This document shows, piece by piece, positions 23,766 through 31,753 of a stretch of DNA of 32,000 nucleotides. Source of the DNA: Candidatus Altimarinota bacterium (GTDB lineage Bacteria > Patescibacteriota > Gracilibacteria > UBA1369); assembly GCA_041659405.1 (NCBI GenBank), contig JBAZYK010000012.1, positions 1 to 32,000 of the forward strand. Reading direction: 5' to 3'. A program made the position numbers and the translations under genes. Numbering within the stretch: position 1 is the stretch's first letter; each line of letters starts with the position of its first letter. Under the pieces are notes generated by a model. That model was not told the origin of the DNA. It was given only the letters and a program-made list of their open reading frames with translations, and did not search any database.

Positions 23766-24011
23766 CTAGTGCTGATTTGTTGATTTCGGAGCGGTAACCG
23801 CAGGAGCATAAGGATCAAATTCCGGCTCTTTAAAATGATCGTAAACAACCGCAACGGCAACGCCAACAGCAATCGCTATCGTCGCATAAACCTGGTATCT
23901 TGTTCCGGCATTTTCCCAATTCCATTTAGAATTGGTTATATCTTTTGATTTTGGTCGTCCTACAGGTTCTCGAACGGCTTCTTCTCCAAGTTGTTCATTT
24001 CCCAAATCCAT
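23766..24011 (-). CDS. small membrane protein, hypothetical
   Basis: 81 aa with one TM (VYATIAIAVGVAVAVVY). A promoter (TTGACT-16-TATGAT) lies upstream. Confidence 0.5.
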   Translation of the reverse strand: MDLGNEQLGEEAVREPVGRPKSKDITNSKWNWENAGTRYQVYATIAIAVGVAVAVVYDHFKEPEFDPYAPAVTAPKSTNQH

Positions 24012-24035
24012 ATTAAAAAAAGTTAAGTAGGCCCA

Positions 24036-24063
24036 ATCATAAGGATTTTATATTTTTAGTCAA
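24036..24063 (-). promoter_or_regulatory. sigma70-type promoter for the 81-aa gene
   Basis: On the minus strand: TTGACT (24063-24058), 16-nt spacer, TATGAT (24041-24036). Confidence 0.35.
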
Positions 24064-24077
24064 CTGCATCCGCCTGA

Positions 24078-25094
24078 TCATGCACTTTTCCGCCCACACC
24101 GCTCAATCAATTTCTTTTGCAAAATAGTTCGGGCAAGCCCGGAAATAGTCTTTTTATCATGACCATCTTCCAGATTTTCTTCAGGACTTAAGCCATCAGC
24201 ACGCACCATGGTGGCCGTACAATCACCATTCGTTCTAATAGTTCCAAGTGGATCTTTTTCCACGGCAACCGGCAGCACACTAAGCGTATCCAAAACCACC
24301 AGCACTTTTCCATAATCAAGTTTAGGGTGGCGCTTAGCCACTTTTTCTATGGCATTACTTAAATCCGCGCACCATTTTTGTCGATTTTCGGTATGTGCAA
24401 TTAGACCATTTTTACCGCGGGTTCCCTCAAAAAAGAACAAAACACTTTCGCAGTCCGCAAGCGTTTCAACAATTTCTATCGCAACTCTCATGATTTCACC
24501 GTCCCTGTCTTCTTTTAGATTTTTACGACTGACCAAAATCGGGTTCCTGCTGGCAATAGTTTGACCAATAACCGGCAGATTTACGTTGTCATCCTTCATG
24601 ACATACCTGAAGTTTTTCACACCCGCTTTTCGCAATAGTTCAGCCAACAAATTGGTTTCCAGCCCTCCACCTTGGTGATTTGCCAAGAAAAGATGTGGCT
24701 TCTTTGCAAATTCCTCGGGGGGTAATTCGGAATCCACAGCAACATTAACGCCCAAAAATTCCAGAGCTTTCAAAAAAAGCCCCTCAGCATCCATAATCGC
24801 GGCATTAATTTCCTGATAATTAGCTCCACGCATAACATTAGATTGAACCACCGCGCCAATCCAGCCCGCTACCAAGGCTATTTTAAAGGCTATATGGCCG
24901 CCCAATCGACTAACAACATCCTTCTTATCAAGTTCAGCATGAATGATTCGATAAAGCTCATCAATCGGCAAAGTTTGCAAATATTCCAGGTCTAAAAGAG
25001 CAGGATCCTGATCTAGCTCCGGAAGCGCTAAACTTAGAGCTGGTTCCGCAGGGACGCACTCTTCTTCCGTTGAATTTTTTAAATCGAGACCCAT
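24078..25094 (-). CDS. PlsC-family (lysophospholipid/glycerol-3-phosphate) acyltransferase-like protein
   Basis: 338 aa. Block I is LANHQGGGLE (NHx-type), block III is FFEGTRGKNG (FPEGTR-like), and there is a ~110-aa N-terminal extension. Confidence 0.65.
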   Translation of the reverse strand: MGLDLKNSTEEECVPAEPALSLALPELDQDPALLDLEYLQTLPIDELYRIIHAELDKKDVVSRLGGHIAFKIALVAGWIGAVVQSNVMRGANYQEINAAIMDAEGLFLKALEFLGVNVAVDSELPPEEFAKKPHLFLANHQGGGLETNLLAELLRKAGVKNFRYVMKDDNVNLPVIGQTIASRNPILVSRKNLKEDRDGEIMRVAIEIVETLADCESVLFFFEGTRGKNGLIAHTENRQKWCADLSNAIEKVAKRHPKLDYGKVLVVLDTLSVLPVAVEKDPLGTIRTNGDCTATMVRADGLSPEENLEDGHDKKTISGLARTILQKKLIERCGRKSA

Positions 25095-25118
25095 TAACTA
25101 TAAAACTAAAAGGCCACA

Positions 25119-25146
25119 ATAATAAGCACTTGAGACAATTTGTCAA
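25119..25146 (-). promoter_or_regulatory. sigma70-type promoter for the acyltransferase gene
   Basis: On the minus strand: TTGACA (25146-25141), 16-nt spacer, TATTAT (25124-25119). Confidence 0.35.
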
Positions 25147-25179
25147 ACTTCTTAAACCAAGGCCTTAGATTTGATGGGA

Positions 25180-25443
25180 TTATGTGTTTTTTTTGATGGA
25201 TCTCCGACCTACCAACTTCAACTTTTCTTCCCGGGAAAGATGTTTTATCCGGTTTTCTTCTTTTGAAGCCAAAGAGCGATTGCGAAATTTTTTTGAATAA
25301 ACCAGCCTAACAGGCCTGCGCGCTTTTGTGTATTTTGCGCCAAGTTTGGACTGATTATGCTCCTGAATTCTGCGCTCCAAATCAACCGTAATGCCGGTAT
25401 ACAAAGTTTCATCGGCGCACTTAAGAATGTAGAGGTAATACAT
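25180..25443 (-). CDS. GIY-YIG nuclease family protein (UPF0213/YhbQ-like)
   Basis: 87 aa. MYYLYILKCADETLYTGITVDLERRIQEHN gives the GIY...YIG-type motifs and conserved Arg/Glu of short standalone GIY-YIG proteins. Confidence 0.9.
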   Translation of the reverse strand: MYYLYILKCADETLYTGITVDLERRIQEHNQSKLGAKYTKARRPVRLVYSKKFRNRSLASKEENRIKHLSREEKLKLVGRRSIKKNT

Positions 25444-25520
25444 GATTTTGGATTTATCTATTTCTTTTATTTTAACATATCTCTAAAATAAGCCCCTAAC
25501 AAAGGTTTTTGGCAAAAAAT

Positions 25521-26042
25521 ATGGCATTATCTAAAGCTCCAGAAAAATATTTAGGATTACCGGCTGCCTTACCGGCGCCAGCGCAAGCACCAGCAGTTTC
25601 GCAGGCACCCGTAGCGACCATCAAGGCTGCTATTAGAGAAGAATTCATAAGATTTATGCTGGAAGGAATCGACGATTTTGTCCTGAATAAAAACAATGTA
25701 TTAGAGGTCGAATTTCCACCTCATATTGCCGGTAAAATAGATGAACGTACCGCCGGAATAATCAAAAGAATTGTAGATCTCCGACATTTAGTGGTTGTAG
25801 AACAAAGCGCTGGTAGGATGGTCTTACTAAAATACGCAACTTATATGCAATTAACTCAACACATTGATAGTTTCATTACAAACAGAGGATCCACAGCGGT
25901 AACATTAACTCTGGGCGATAATTCATGCTTAATCGACTGGCTTAGACAATTGAGCACAAACCTATCGTTATCAATGGTTGTAAATGGCCAAAACCCTCGC
26001 CAGATTCAAGTTATCCTAAGAAAGAAACCCGGAGTTAGGTAA
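25521..26042 (+). CDS. hypothetical protein with Ala/Pro-rich N-terminus
   Basis: 173 aa from ATG 25521 (the ORF track uses TTG 25509). The N-terminus is LPAALPAPAQAPAVSQAPVAT, followed by a globular region with no recognisable motif. Confidence 0.6.
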   Translation: MALSKAPEKYLGLPAALPAPAQAPAVSQAPVATIKAAIREEFIRFMLEGIDDFVLNKNNVLEVEFPPHIAGKIDERTAGIIKRIVDLRHLVVVEQSAGRMVLLKYATYMQLTQHIDSFITNRGSTAVTLTLGDNSCLIDWLRQLSTNLSLSMVVNGQNPRQIQVILRKKPGVR

Positions 26043-26109
26043 TTGGTTTGACTCGGATTTGAGTTTGGATTATACGTGATTACGTTTTTACAAAAATTAA
26101 TTATATTTT

Positions 26110-27507
26110 ATGGCTAACGGGTTGGAACAACATGGAACATGCGAGGAGTTAATGGAAAGTCCGCAAATAGTGGAGATTCAACGTTTAGATGAGTTAATGA
26201 AAACTCCGCAAATAGAGGAGATTCAACGTTTAGTGGCTAGAAATATAGTCTTGGCGAAGATTCTTGGCGAACAACGTACGACTCAGTCTTTTTCTACCGC
26301 CGATGAGTTGGCGAATGCATTTAAGGGAAAATTGCTGACGGCCGGAAAAACCGGTTTGGAGGCCATGGAAAAGGCAAAAATTAAATATAAAGATTTGATT
26401 GAAACAGCGGGCATTACCGATGAGGATTTGAGAAAAGTGTTTGAGATGGTTTGGGTTTACAGTCGTTTGGCCAATCCCACTGGTGAGCTTTTAGAGGAAG
26501 CAATTTCAGGAATTGAAGGAGCGGAAAAGACGGCTATTTTTGCGTCCGGACTTGGGGCTATTAATGCCGCAGTGAGGCAATTTGTGCCACCTGCCAAGGC
26601 TGACGGGGAAAAGTATGTTAAGGGCGGAAAAATTGTGGTAATTGGCAGTATTTATGGTGGAACTTACGCTCAGCTGATGAACATATGCAAAGAGACCGGC
26701 CGACAGCTTGAGTTTTTGTCGATTTCTGATTTTAAAGCGCAGGGTCTTAGTGATCATACTTCCATGGTTTTTTGCGAAACCAGCAACAATCCAACATTGA
26801 ATGTTGTTCCATTAAAACGTGTTGCGGAAGAGGCAAGACGGGTTGGGGCGGTTTCCGCTTGCGATAATACTTTTACTCCAATAACCGTGCGTCCCGTGGA
26901 AAACGGCATTGATCTTACGATTACTTCAATGACCAAATATTTTAACGGAAGAAGTGAGAGTTTGGGTGGTTGCGTTTCGGGAAACGCTGAATTAATTGGG
27001 GAATTTTCGGATCTTCAGGAAGGGCAGCGCATGCTGGGTGGCGCTATTATGGATCCGCGTGTGGCAAAAAAGTTCTTAGAGCATTTGGCAAATCTTCCGG
27101 AAAGACTTTTTAAAGCGACTCAAAATGCCAGGGGTGTTAGGGAGGTTGCTATTCGCTCCGGGTTTCGGGCAAAAACTGTTGAAGATTTTCCGGAATATTC
27201 TAGAATTAGAAATCCCGCGATTCCTGCAAGTGTGAGCAATGGCATGGTGTCTTTGTTTATGGATGATGCACAACAGGCAAGCGCTCTGGTCGACATGCTG
27301 ATTAAGGAAGGCATTGGTCATGGCGCGGTTAGCCTTGGGGCAGAGGGGACATATTATTGCATTCCGGGGCGGACAACACACTCGGAAATGCCGGAGGAAG
27401 AAATGGCGCGCGCCGGCATAACTCCCGGATTGGTGCGAATTTCCTGTGGGATTGAACCGGATCTTATTCAAAGGTTTGAAAAAGTTCTGACCGATTTTGC
27501 TAAATAA
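26110..27507 (+). CDS. Cys/Met-metabolism PLP-dependent enzyme family protein (cystathionine gamma-synthase / methionine gamma-lyase-like) with N-terminal extension
   Basis: 465 aa. Family blocks are AIFASGLGAI, IYGGTY, ETSNNPTL, CDNTFTP and the PLP-lysine block SMTKYFNGRSESLGG. A ~90-aa N-terminal extension contains a tandem 15-aa repeat. Confidence 0.8.
   Translation: MANGLEQHGTCEELMESPQIVEIQRLDELMKTPQIEEIQRLVARNIVLAKILGEQRTTQSFSTADELANAFKGKLLTAGKTGLEAMEKAKIKYKDLIETAGITDEDLRKVFEMVWVYSRLANPTGELLEEAISGIEGAEKTAIFASGLGAINAAVRQFVPPAKADGEKYVKGGKIVVIGSIYGGTYAQLMNICKETGRQLEFLSISDFKAQGLSDHTSMVFCETSNNPTLNVVPLKRVAEEARRVGAVSACDNTFTPITVRPVENGIDLTITSMTKYFNGRSESLGGCVSGNAELIGEFSDLQEGQRMLGGAIMDPRVAKKFLEHLANLPERLFKATQNARGVREVAIRSGFRAKTVEDFPEYSRIRNPAIPASVSNGMVSLFMDDAQQASALVDMLIKEGIGHGAVSLGAEGTYYCIPGRTTHSEMPEEEMARAGITPGLVRISCGIEPDLIQRFEKVLTDFAK
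26146..26235 (+). repeat. 2 x 45-bp tandem repeat inside the PLP-enzyme CDS
   Basis: gagttaatggaaagtccgcaaatagtggagattcaacgtttagat (26146-26190) and gagttaatgaaaactccgcaaatagaggagattcaacgtttagtg (26191-26235). They encode ELMESPQIVEIQRLD / ELMKTPQIEEIQRLV. Confidence 0.9.
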
Positions 27508-27510
27508 AGT

Positions 27511-27563
27511 TCCATCACGCACGAAGTGCCTATTTCTATTGCGAGCGGAGCGAGTTCCATTTT
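27511..27563. repeat. dispersed intergenic repeat, copy B
   Basis: ttccatcacgcacgaagtgcctatttctattgcgagcggagcgagttccattt starts 4 nt after the stop at 27507. It shares a 23-nt identical core with 18236-18258. Confidence 0.75.
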
Positions 27564-27652
27564 TAGTTGGGGTATGCTTAAAGCAGCTTTTAATCAGGCT
27601 CAAAATTTGCTATAATAATAAGAATCAAAAATCAGCTTATGAGCTCAAAGCC

Positions 27653-28225
27653 ATGGAAATAAAAAAAGCAAATCCGGAATATGAAATAACAAACCTTGAA
27701 AAAAAGGTGCTGGTCAATTTGTGGCTTGATGACTACGATAACATTTTTTCGGATTTTGATCCGCGCCCTTATTCTTTGCGGGAATTATCAGACGATTTTC
27801 TAAATGAAACAAAAAAAATAATCAACGAAATAACAAATGAAAATCTGGAGATAGTTTTTCTGATTCCTCAAAGCCTAAAAAACAAAACCACAGAACATAT
27901 AATCGCCACCAGGTTACACTCATACTTTAAAAAGAAAGCACACCATCAGGAGGCCGAGCAAAAAAAAGACAGAAGAAATGGCATAATACTAAGTTTAATT
28001 GGAGGAGTGCTAATGATCGGAGCGACATTTTCAGCCCAGATGGAAAACAATCAATTATTTTACAATTTTCTTCGCATTTTATTGGAACCGGCAGGTTGGT
28101 TTATGACATGGTACGGCCTTGATCACATTTTCTACATCGCAAAAGAAAAGAATCATGAGTTAAGATTCAATAAAAAAATGGCAAAAGCCGAAATCGTTTT
28201 TGACGCTTATAGCAATCGCGAATAA
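27653..28225 (+). CDS. hypothetical membrane protein (soluble N-domain + two C-terminal TM helices)
   Basis: 190 aa from ATG 27653 (MEIKKANPEYE...). The ORF-track start at 27497 merely translates the intergenic repeat. TM helices are ILSLIGGVLMIGATF and LLEPAGWFMTWYGL. Confidence 0.6.
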   Translation: MEIKKANPEYEITNLEKKVLVNLWLDDYDNIFSDFDPRPYSLRELSDDFLNETKKIINEITNENLEIVFLIPQSLKNKTTEHIIATRLHSYFKKKAHHQEAEQKKDRRNGIILSLIGGVLMIGATFSAQMENNQLFYNFLRILLEPAGWFMTWYGLDHIFYIAKEKNHELRFNKKMAKAEIVFDAYSNRE

Positions 28226-28279
28226 AAAATCATAGTTCAGACTATCGCAAGCTGGGGCTTTAGAACAGGTTATGCCGCA

Positions 28280-28654
28280 TTACTCGGTGTCCCCAATTTC
28301 AGTATATCCTCTTGCACCCCTTCTTGCGCCTCCATTTCCGCCACGGCCTATTTTTTTCTTAATATCAGCTCGCACACCTTCAACAACTTGAACCTCCTCA
28401 GGTACCTCGGGAGTACTGCCAGGGGTATGCTTCATAAGCATGGACTTTATTGGCTCAAAATCTCCACTTTTTAAAAGTTCCACCATCTTTTTCAACTCCG
28501 GCATTGTAAGTGGAGTAAATCTAAAGCTGGTTAAGGTCATATTAAGCGTGACTACATTTAAACTGCGGACATTCCTCCCTGATAAGACTGCAATAATTTC
28601 GTCAACTAATTTTTCATCAGATTCCTGTTCAGGAGCCCCAGAAACATTCTCCAT
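28280..28654 (-). CDS. hypothetical protein with C-terminal RGG-like basic tail
   Basis: 124 aa with an acidic N-terminus and the C-terminus KKKIGRGGNGGARRGARGY. ATG start, with TATAAT about 45 nt upstream. Confidence 0.55.
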   Translation of the reverse strand: MENVSGAPEQESDEKLVDEIIAVLSGRNVRSLNVVTLNMTLTSFRFTPLTMPELKKMVELLKSGDFEPIKSMLMKHTPGSTPEVPEEVQVVEGVRADIKKKIGRGGNGGARRGARGYTEIGDTE

Positions 28655-28797
28655 ATTAATTTAGATAAGGGACAATAATTGGTAAGACACTCGGTAAATT
28701 ATAAAACATTAAACGATATTTTACCAGTCGATATTCAAGGCGCGATTCAATAAATGCTGAGGATAAAGATGCTTTGAGTGCCTTTAACTAAAAGAAG

Positions 28798-29346
28798 CTA
28801 TTTTTGCCCTCCTAATAAAGCTGAGATTTGCTGTCTTAAAACATCACTTTTCCCTGCGCGTTCTTTTGCTGCTCTTAATTGATTTATTCTTTGATCTAAA
28901 TATTTTTTTAAGACAGTTACCGCATTTTGATCTTTAAGAACAAATTTAAAAAATGCAGCTTCGACCTCATCGCTCGCTCTGGGAAACTTTCGATCTTCAA
29001 AAAAGTGCAATAAGTCTTCTGATGACAATTCAGTTAAGGTATATAAAACCCCATCAACTTCTTCTGAATTTTCATGAGATCTTAACCACTGTTGGCCTTC
29101 TTCGGTTTGGAAAAAATTAGCTAATAAATACATTCGCAAATACCTGTCTTGCATATCAATTAATGCCTCTACTCCATCAGTAATAGCAGATCTATTTGGT
29201 TCTGCAGAAGCATCAAAATTTCCCAAAATTTCGTCTTGCTTAGGATCAGCATCCCATAAGGACAATCGAAATTTATCGGGGGAATTTGGATCTTCTAAGA
29301 CTATTGGTCTTTGTCTTCTTCTAATTTCATCAATATCTATTGGCAT
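28798..29346 (-). CDS. hypothetical acidic soluble protein
   Basis: 182 aa with no TM or signal and no recognisable motif. Its promoter carries the conserved upstream box. Confidence 0.65.
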   Translation of the reverse strand: MPIDIDEIRRRQRPIVLEDPNSPDKFRLSLWDADPKQDEILGNFDASAEPNRSAITDGVEALIDMQDRYLRMYLLANFFQTEEGQQWLRSHENSEEVDGVLYTLTELSSEDLLHFFEDRKFPRASDEVEAAFFKFVLKDQNAVTVLKKYLDQRINQLRAAKERAGKSDVLRQQISALLGGQK

Positions 29347-29373
29347 AAAATTAAATAAAAATTACAGGTGTTA

Positions 29374-29431
29374 AGTAAAACATAAATGCGCCATAAAGTC
29401 AAGAAACTCCTGGTGGCGCGACGTTCAAACT
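29374..29431 (-). promoter_or_regulatory. promoter (TTGACT-17-TTTACT) plus conserved upstream box, copy 1
   Basis: On the minus strand: -35 TTGACT (29402-29397) and -10 TTTACT (29379-29374), 28 nt before the ATG at 29346. The box 29398-29431, gtcaagaaactcctggtggcgcgacgttcaaact, parallels 30864-30898. Confidence 0.4.
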
Positions 29432-29442
29432 AGTCTTAGCAA

Positions 29443-30813
29443 TTAAGATGGAGAACACCCATAGTATGAATATAAATATCTTAATGCGCGTTGCGATTTA
29501 GCCAAATCGATTTGAATATTTTGAATATCCTCAATATTTCCTTCTCTATTGCTAACAAAAATCCAATTTCTTAGAGGATTTGATGTGTTTTTTTGATTAT
29601 GCAATACAATGCCCATGCAATCTAATATCTTTAGAACTAAAGCAGTAGTACTCGCGTGCCATTGCTTTTTACATAGTAAGCTCATTCTCAGTAACTGTTC
29701 AACTCTCTGTTTTATTTTTAACTGTGCATCGAGGTCGCCTTTGGCAGCAGCTTTAATATCATCTACCTGAAGGAGGTGTGGGTTATTTTGATATTTTCTA
29801 ATCAGATCTTGTTCATTTAAATCCGAACCTAAACTTAATGTAAAATCGTCTTCTGTTAAAAATACCTTAGTACCTTCAAGAACAGAATTTAACAATCTTC
29901 GTGCTGAACTTTGTACATTTTTAAGTGTTAAGTCGTCAACATATTGCTCAGTTGAACGACATCGCATCGCAATAAAACGATGATAAATATCTCCATCTTC
30001 ACCATAATGAACAGAACAATCATATCCTCCGCTGGCTAAGTATGCTGATGCGCGAAAAGCAGTATTGGCTCCTGTGATGTTTACAGAAGAATAACTTTTA
30101 ATTTTTTTTTGATTAAATAAATCCATAAGTTCAATTATCATTTCTCGAATCCACAATTCGGGGGCTTGTCGTGATGCAGATTCAACATCACTTGGACTAG
30201 AATAAAAAACTGACCTGCCGGCAGCATATTCAAGCATGGACCGGTCTAAAAATCGTCTGATGGTTGTTTCAACATAATCACTTTTTAATTTCACGCAGTC
30301 GCTATCGTTACTAATCACAATTGGATCAGATTGATTTCTTTGTTTGGCACAAGTACAAGCAATTTCAGTAAGCAAACTCCTTACATTCCCCAACGCAACA
30401 TTATCGGAAAAATGCTCTCGAAACGAATGAACTTTCAATTTAGGGAATTGGCTTTTTATTTCGGCTATTTCAGCTTCAAGAACTTGGGCGCGGGAAGAAA
30501 AATCTAATTCATCTATTTCTGGTCCGGCATTAATACAAATCAAAATTTCAAAATCAAAGCATGTCTGTTTACAATATTGTTCCAGAGTTCTTTTTAAGTT
30601 CTGCTCTTTGGCATGACATGGAATTGCTACAAATGTTCGACTACCTTCAGCAATAGGTAAACGGTTGCTAATCTCCATTATTTTTGAACATCTTGCCGAG
30701 TCGGTAGAAGCTAATTTAGCAAAGAAAAGCTCATATTCATGTTCAAAATCGAGTTTTACGCTAGGATTTGCCAAAACAGTTTCACTTAAACCTTCATAAT
30801 AAGGCTGAGACAT
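29443..30813 (-). CDS. GT-A fold (family 2-like) glycosyltransferase-like protein, soluble
   Basis: 456 aa. FVAIPCHAKEQNLKRTLEQYCKQT...ILICINAG resembles the GT2 N-terminal block. NDSD is a DXD-like motif, and GANTAFRASAYLASGGYD...GEDGDIYHRF is the GT2-like C-terminal block. An extra ~130-aa helical C-terminal region follows. There is no TM or signal peptide. Confidence 0.6.
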   Translation of the reverse strand: MSQPYYEGLSETVLANPSVKLDFEHEYELFFAKLASTDSARCSKIMEISNRLPIAEGSRTFVAIPCHAKEQNLKRTLEQYCKQTCFDFEILICINAGPEIDELDFSSRAQVLEAEIAEIKSQFPKLKVHSFREHFSDNVALGNVRSLLTEIACTCAKQRNQSDPIVISNDSDCVKLKSDYVETTIRRFLDRSMLEYAAGRSVFYSSPSDVESASRQAPELWIREMIIELMDLFNQKKIKSYSSVNITGANTAFRASAYLASGGYDCSVHYGEDGDIYHRFIAMRCRSTEQYVDDLTLKNVQSSARRLLNSVLEGTKVFLTEDDFTLSLGSDLNEQDLIRKYQNNPHLLQVDDIKAAAKGDLDAQLKIKQRVEQLLRMSLLCKKQWHASTTALVLKILDCMGIVLHNQKNTSNPLRNWIFVSNREGNIEDIQNIQIDLAKSQRALRYLYSYYGCSPS

Positions 30814-30839
30814 ATAGCTTGAAACAAATTTAAGATGCT

Positions 30840-30898
30840 AAAATAGCACATTTTATCTAATGTGTCAATGGAGCTCCACATGGCGCAATGTTCAAACT
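30840..30898 (-). promoter_or_regulatory. promoter (TTGACA-17-TATTTT) plus conserved upstream box, copy 2
   Basis: On the minus strand: -35 TTGACA (30868-30863) and -10 TATTTT (30845-30840), 27 nt before the ATG at 30813. The box 30864-30898 is gtcaatggagctccacatggcgcaatgttcaaact. Confidence 0.45.
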
Positions 30899-30975
30899 TC
30901 AACTAATTTATAAAAAAATTAGAATATTTTAATCTGCATACACTAAAATGAGCTGGAATATAAATTGATACAACC

Positions 30976-31512
30976 ATGAAAATTATTATTCCAAATGAAA
31001 TAATTGAAACCAAAATATTCTTTGTCAGGGGAAGGAAAGTCATTATGGACAAAGACTTAGCCATACTTTATGAGGTGCCTACAAAGCAACTTAATCAGGC
31101 TGTAAAAAGAAATATAAGCCGATTTCCTGAGGATTTTATGTTCCAACTCAATGAAAGTGAAGCGGGGGTTTTGGAATCTGGAATTGATTTAGTACAGGCA
31201 AACAACTTGAGGTCACAATTTGTGACCTCAAGTTACGGTGGAAGACGCTATCGTCCCTATGTTTTTACGGAACAAGGTATCGCTATGCTATCAAGTGTAT
31301 TAAAAAGCGAACGTGCTATTCAGGTCAACATCCAGATCATGAGAACTTTTATCAAATTGAGAGAAATGTTGTCGAGTAATAAGGCATTGAGGGATAGGAT
31401 TGAAAAAATAGAGAAAAAATACGACAATCGTTTCAAGATTGTCTTTAAAATGATTAAACAACTAATAGACGAAGAAAAATCGCAACAAGGGATTGGCTTT
31501 CGCCTTCAATAA
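30976..31512 (+). CDS. ORF6N domain-containing DNA-binding protein (KilA-N/Bro-N-like, phage antirepressor-type)
   Basis: 178 aa. The N-terminus IFFVRGRKVIMDKDLAILYEVPTKQLNQAVKRNISRFPEDFMFQL is the ORF6N signature, and the C-terminus is coiled-coil-like. Confidence 0.85.
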   Translation: MKIIIPNEIIETKIFFVRGRKVIMDKDLAILYEVPTKQLNQAVKRNISRFPEDFMFQLNESEAGVLESGIDLVQANNLRSQFVTSSYGGRRYRPYVFTEQGIAMLSSVLKSERAIQVNIQIMRTFIKLREMLSSNKALRDRIEKIEKKYDNRFKIVFKMIKQLIDEEKSQQGIGFRLQ

Positions 31513-31676
31513 AAAGGGCGCTTTACTTAAAACACAAAATTTATATTTTTGGAGCTCCTTGCGGGCTGCTGTGCGAGAATCGGGCTGACATCCATTTCAT
31601 CCTTGGGAATCGTCAAAGTTTTACATCCCAAATAATAAAATAGCCGCACTCTGACCGCACTTTGATTGGGATAAGG

Positions 31677-31704
31677 TTGACAAAATTGTAAAACAAGCTA
31701 GAGT
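31677..31704 (+). promoter_or_regulatory. sigma70-type promoter for the terminal partial ORF
   Basis: TTGACA (31677-31682), 16-nt spacer, TAGAGT (31699-31704). A second TATAAT at 31736-31741 lies 12 nt before the ATG. Confidence 0.3.
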
Positions 31705-31753
31705 GTCTAGCCGCTCGACGCATGTTTTATTAAGTCTATAATCAAAAATTATA

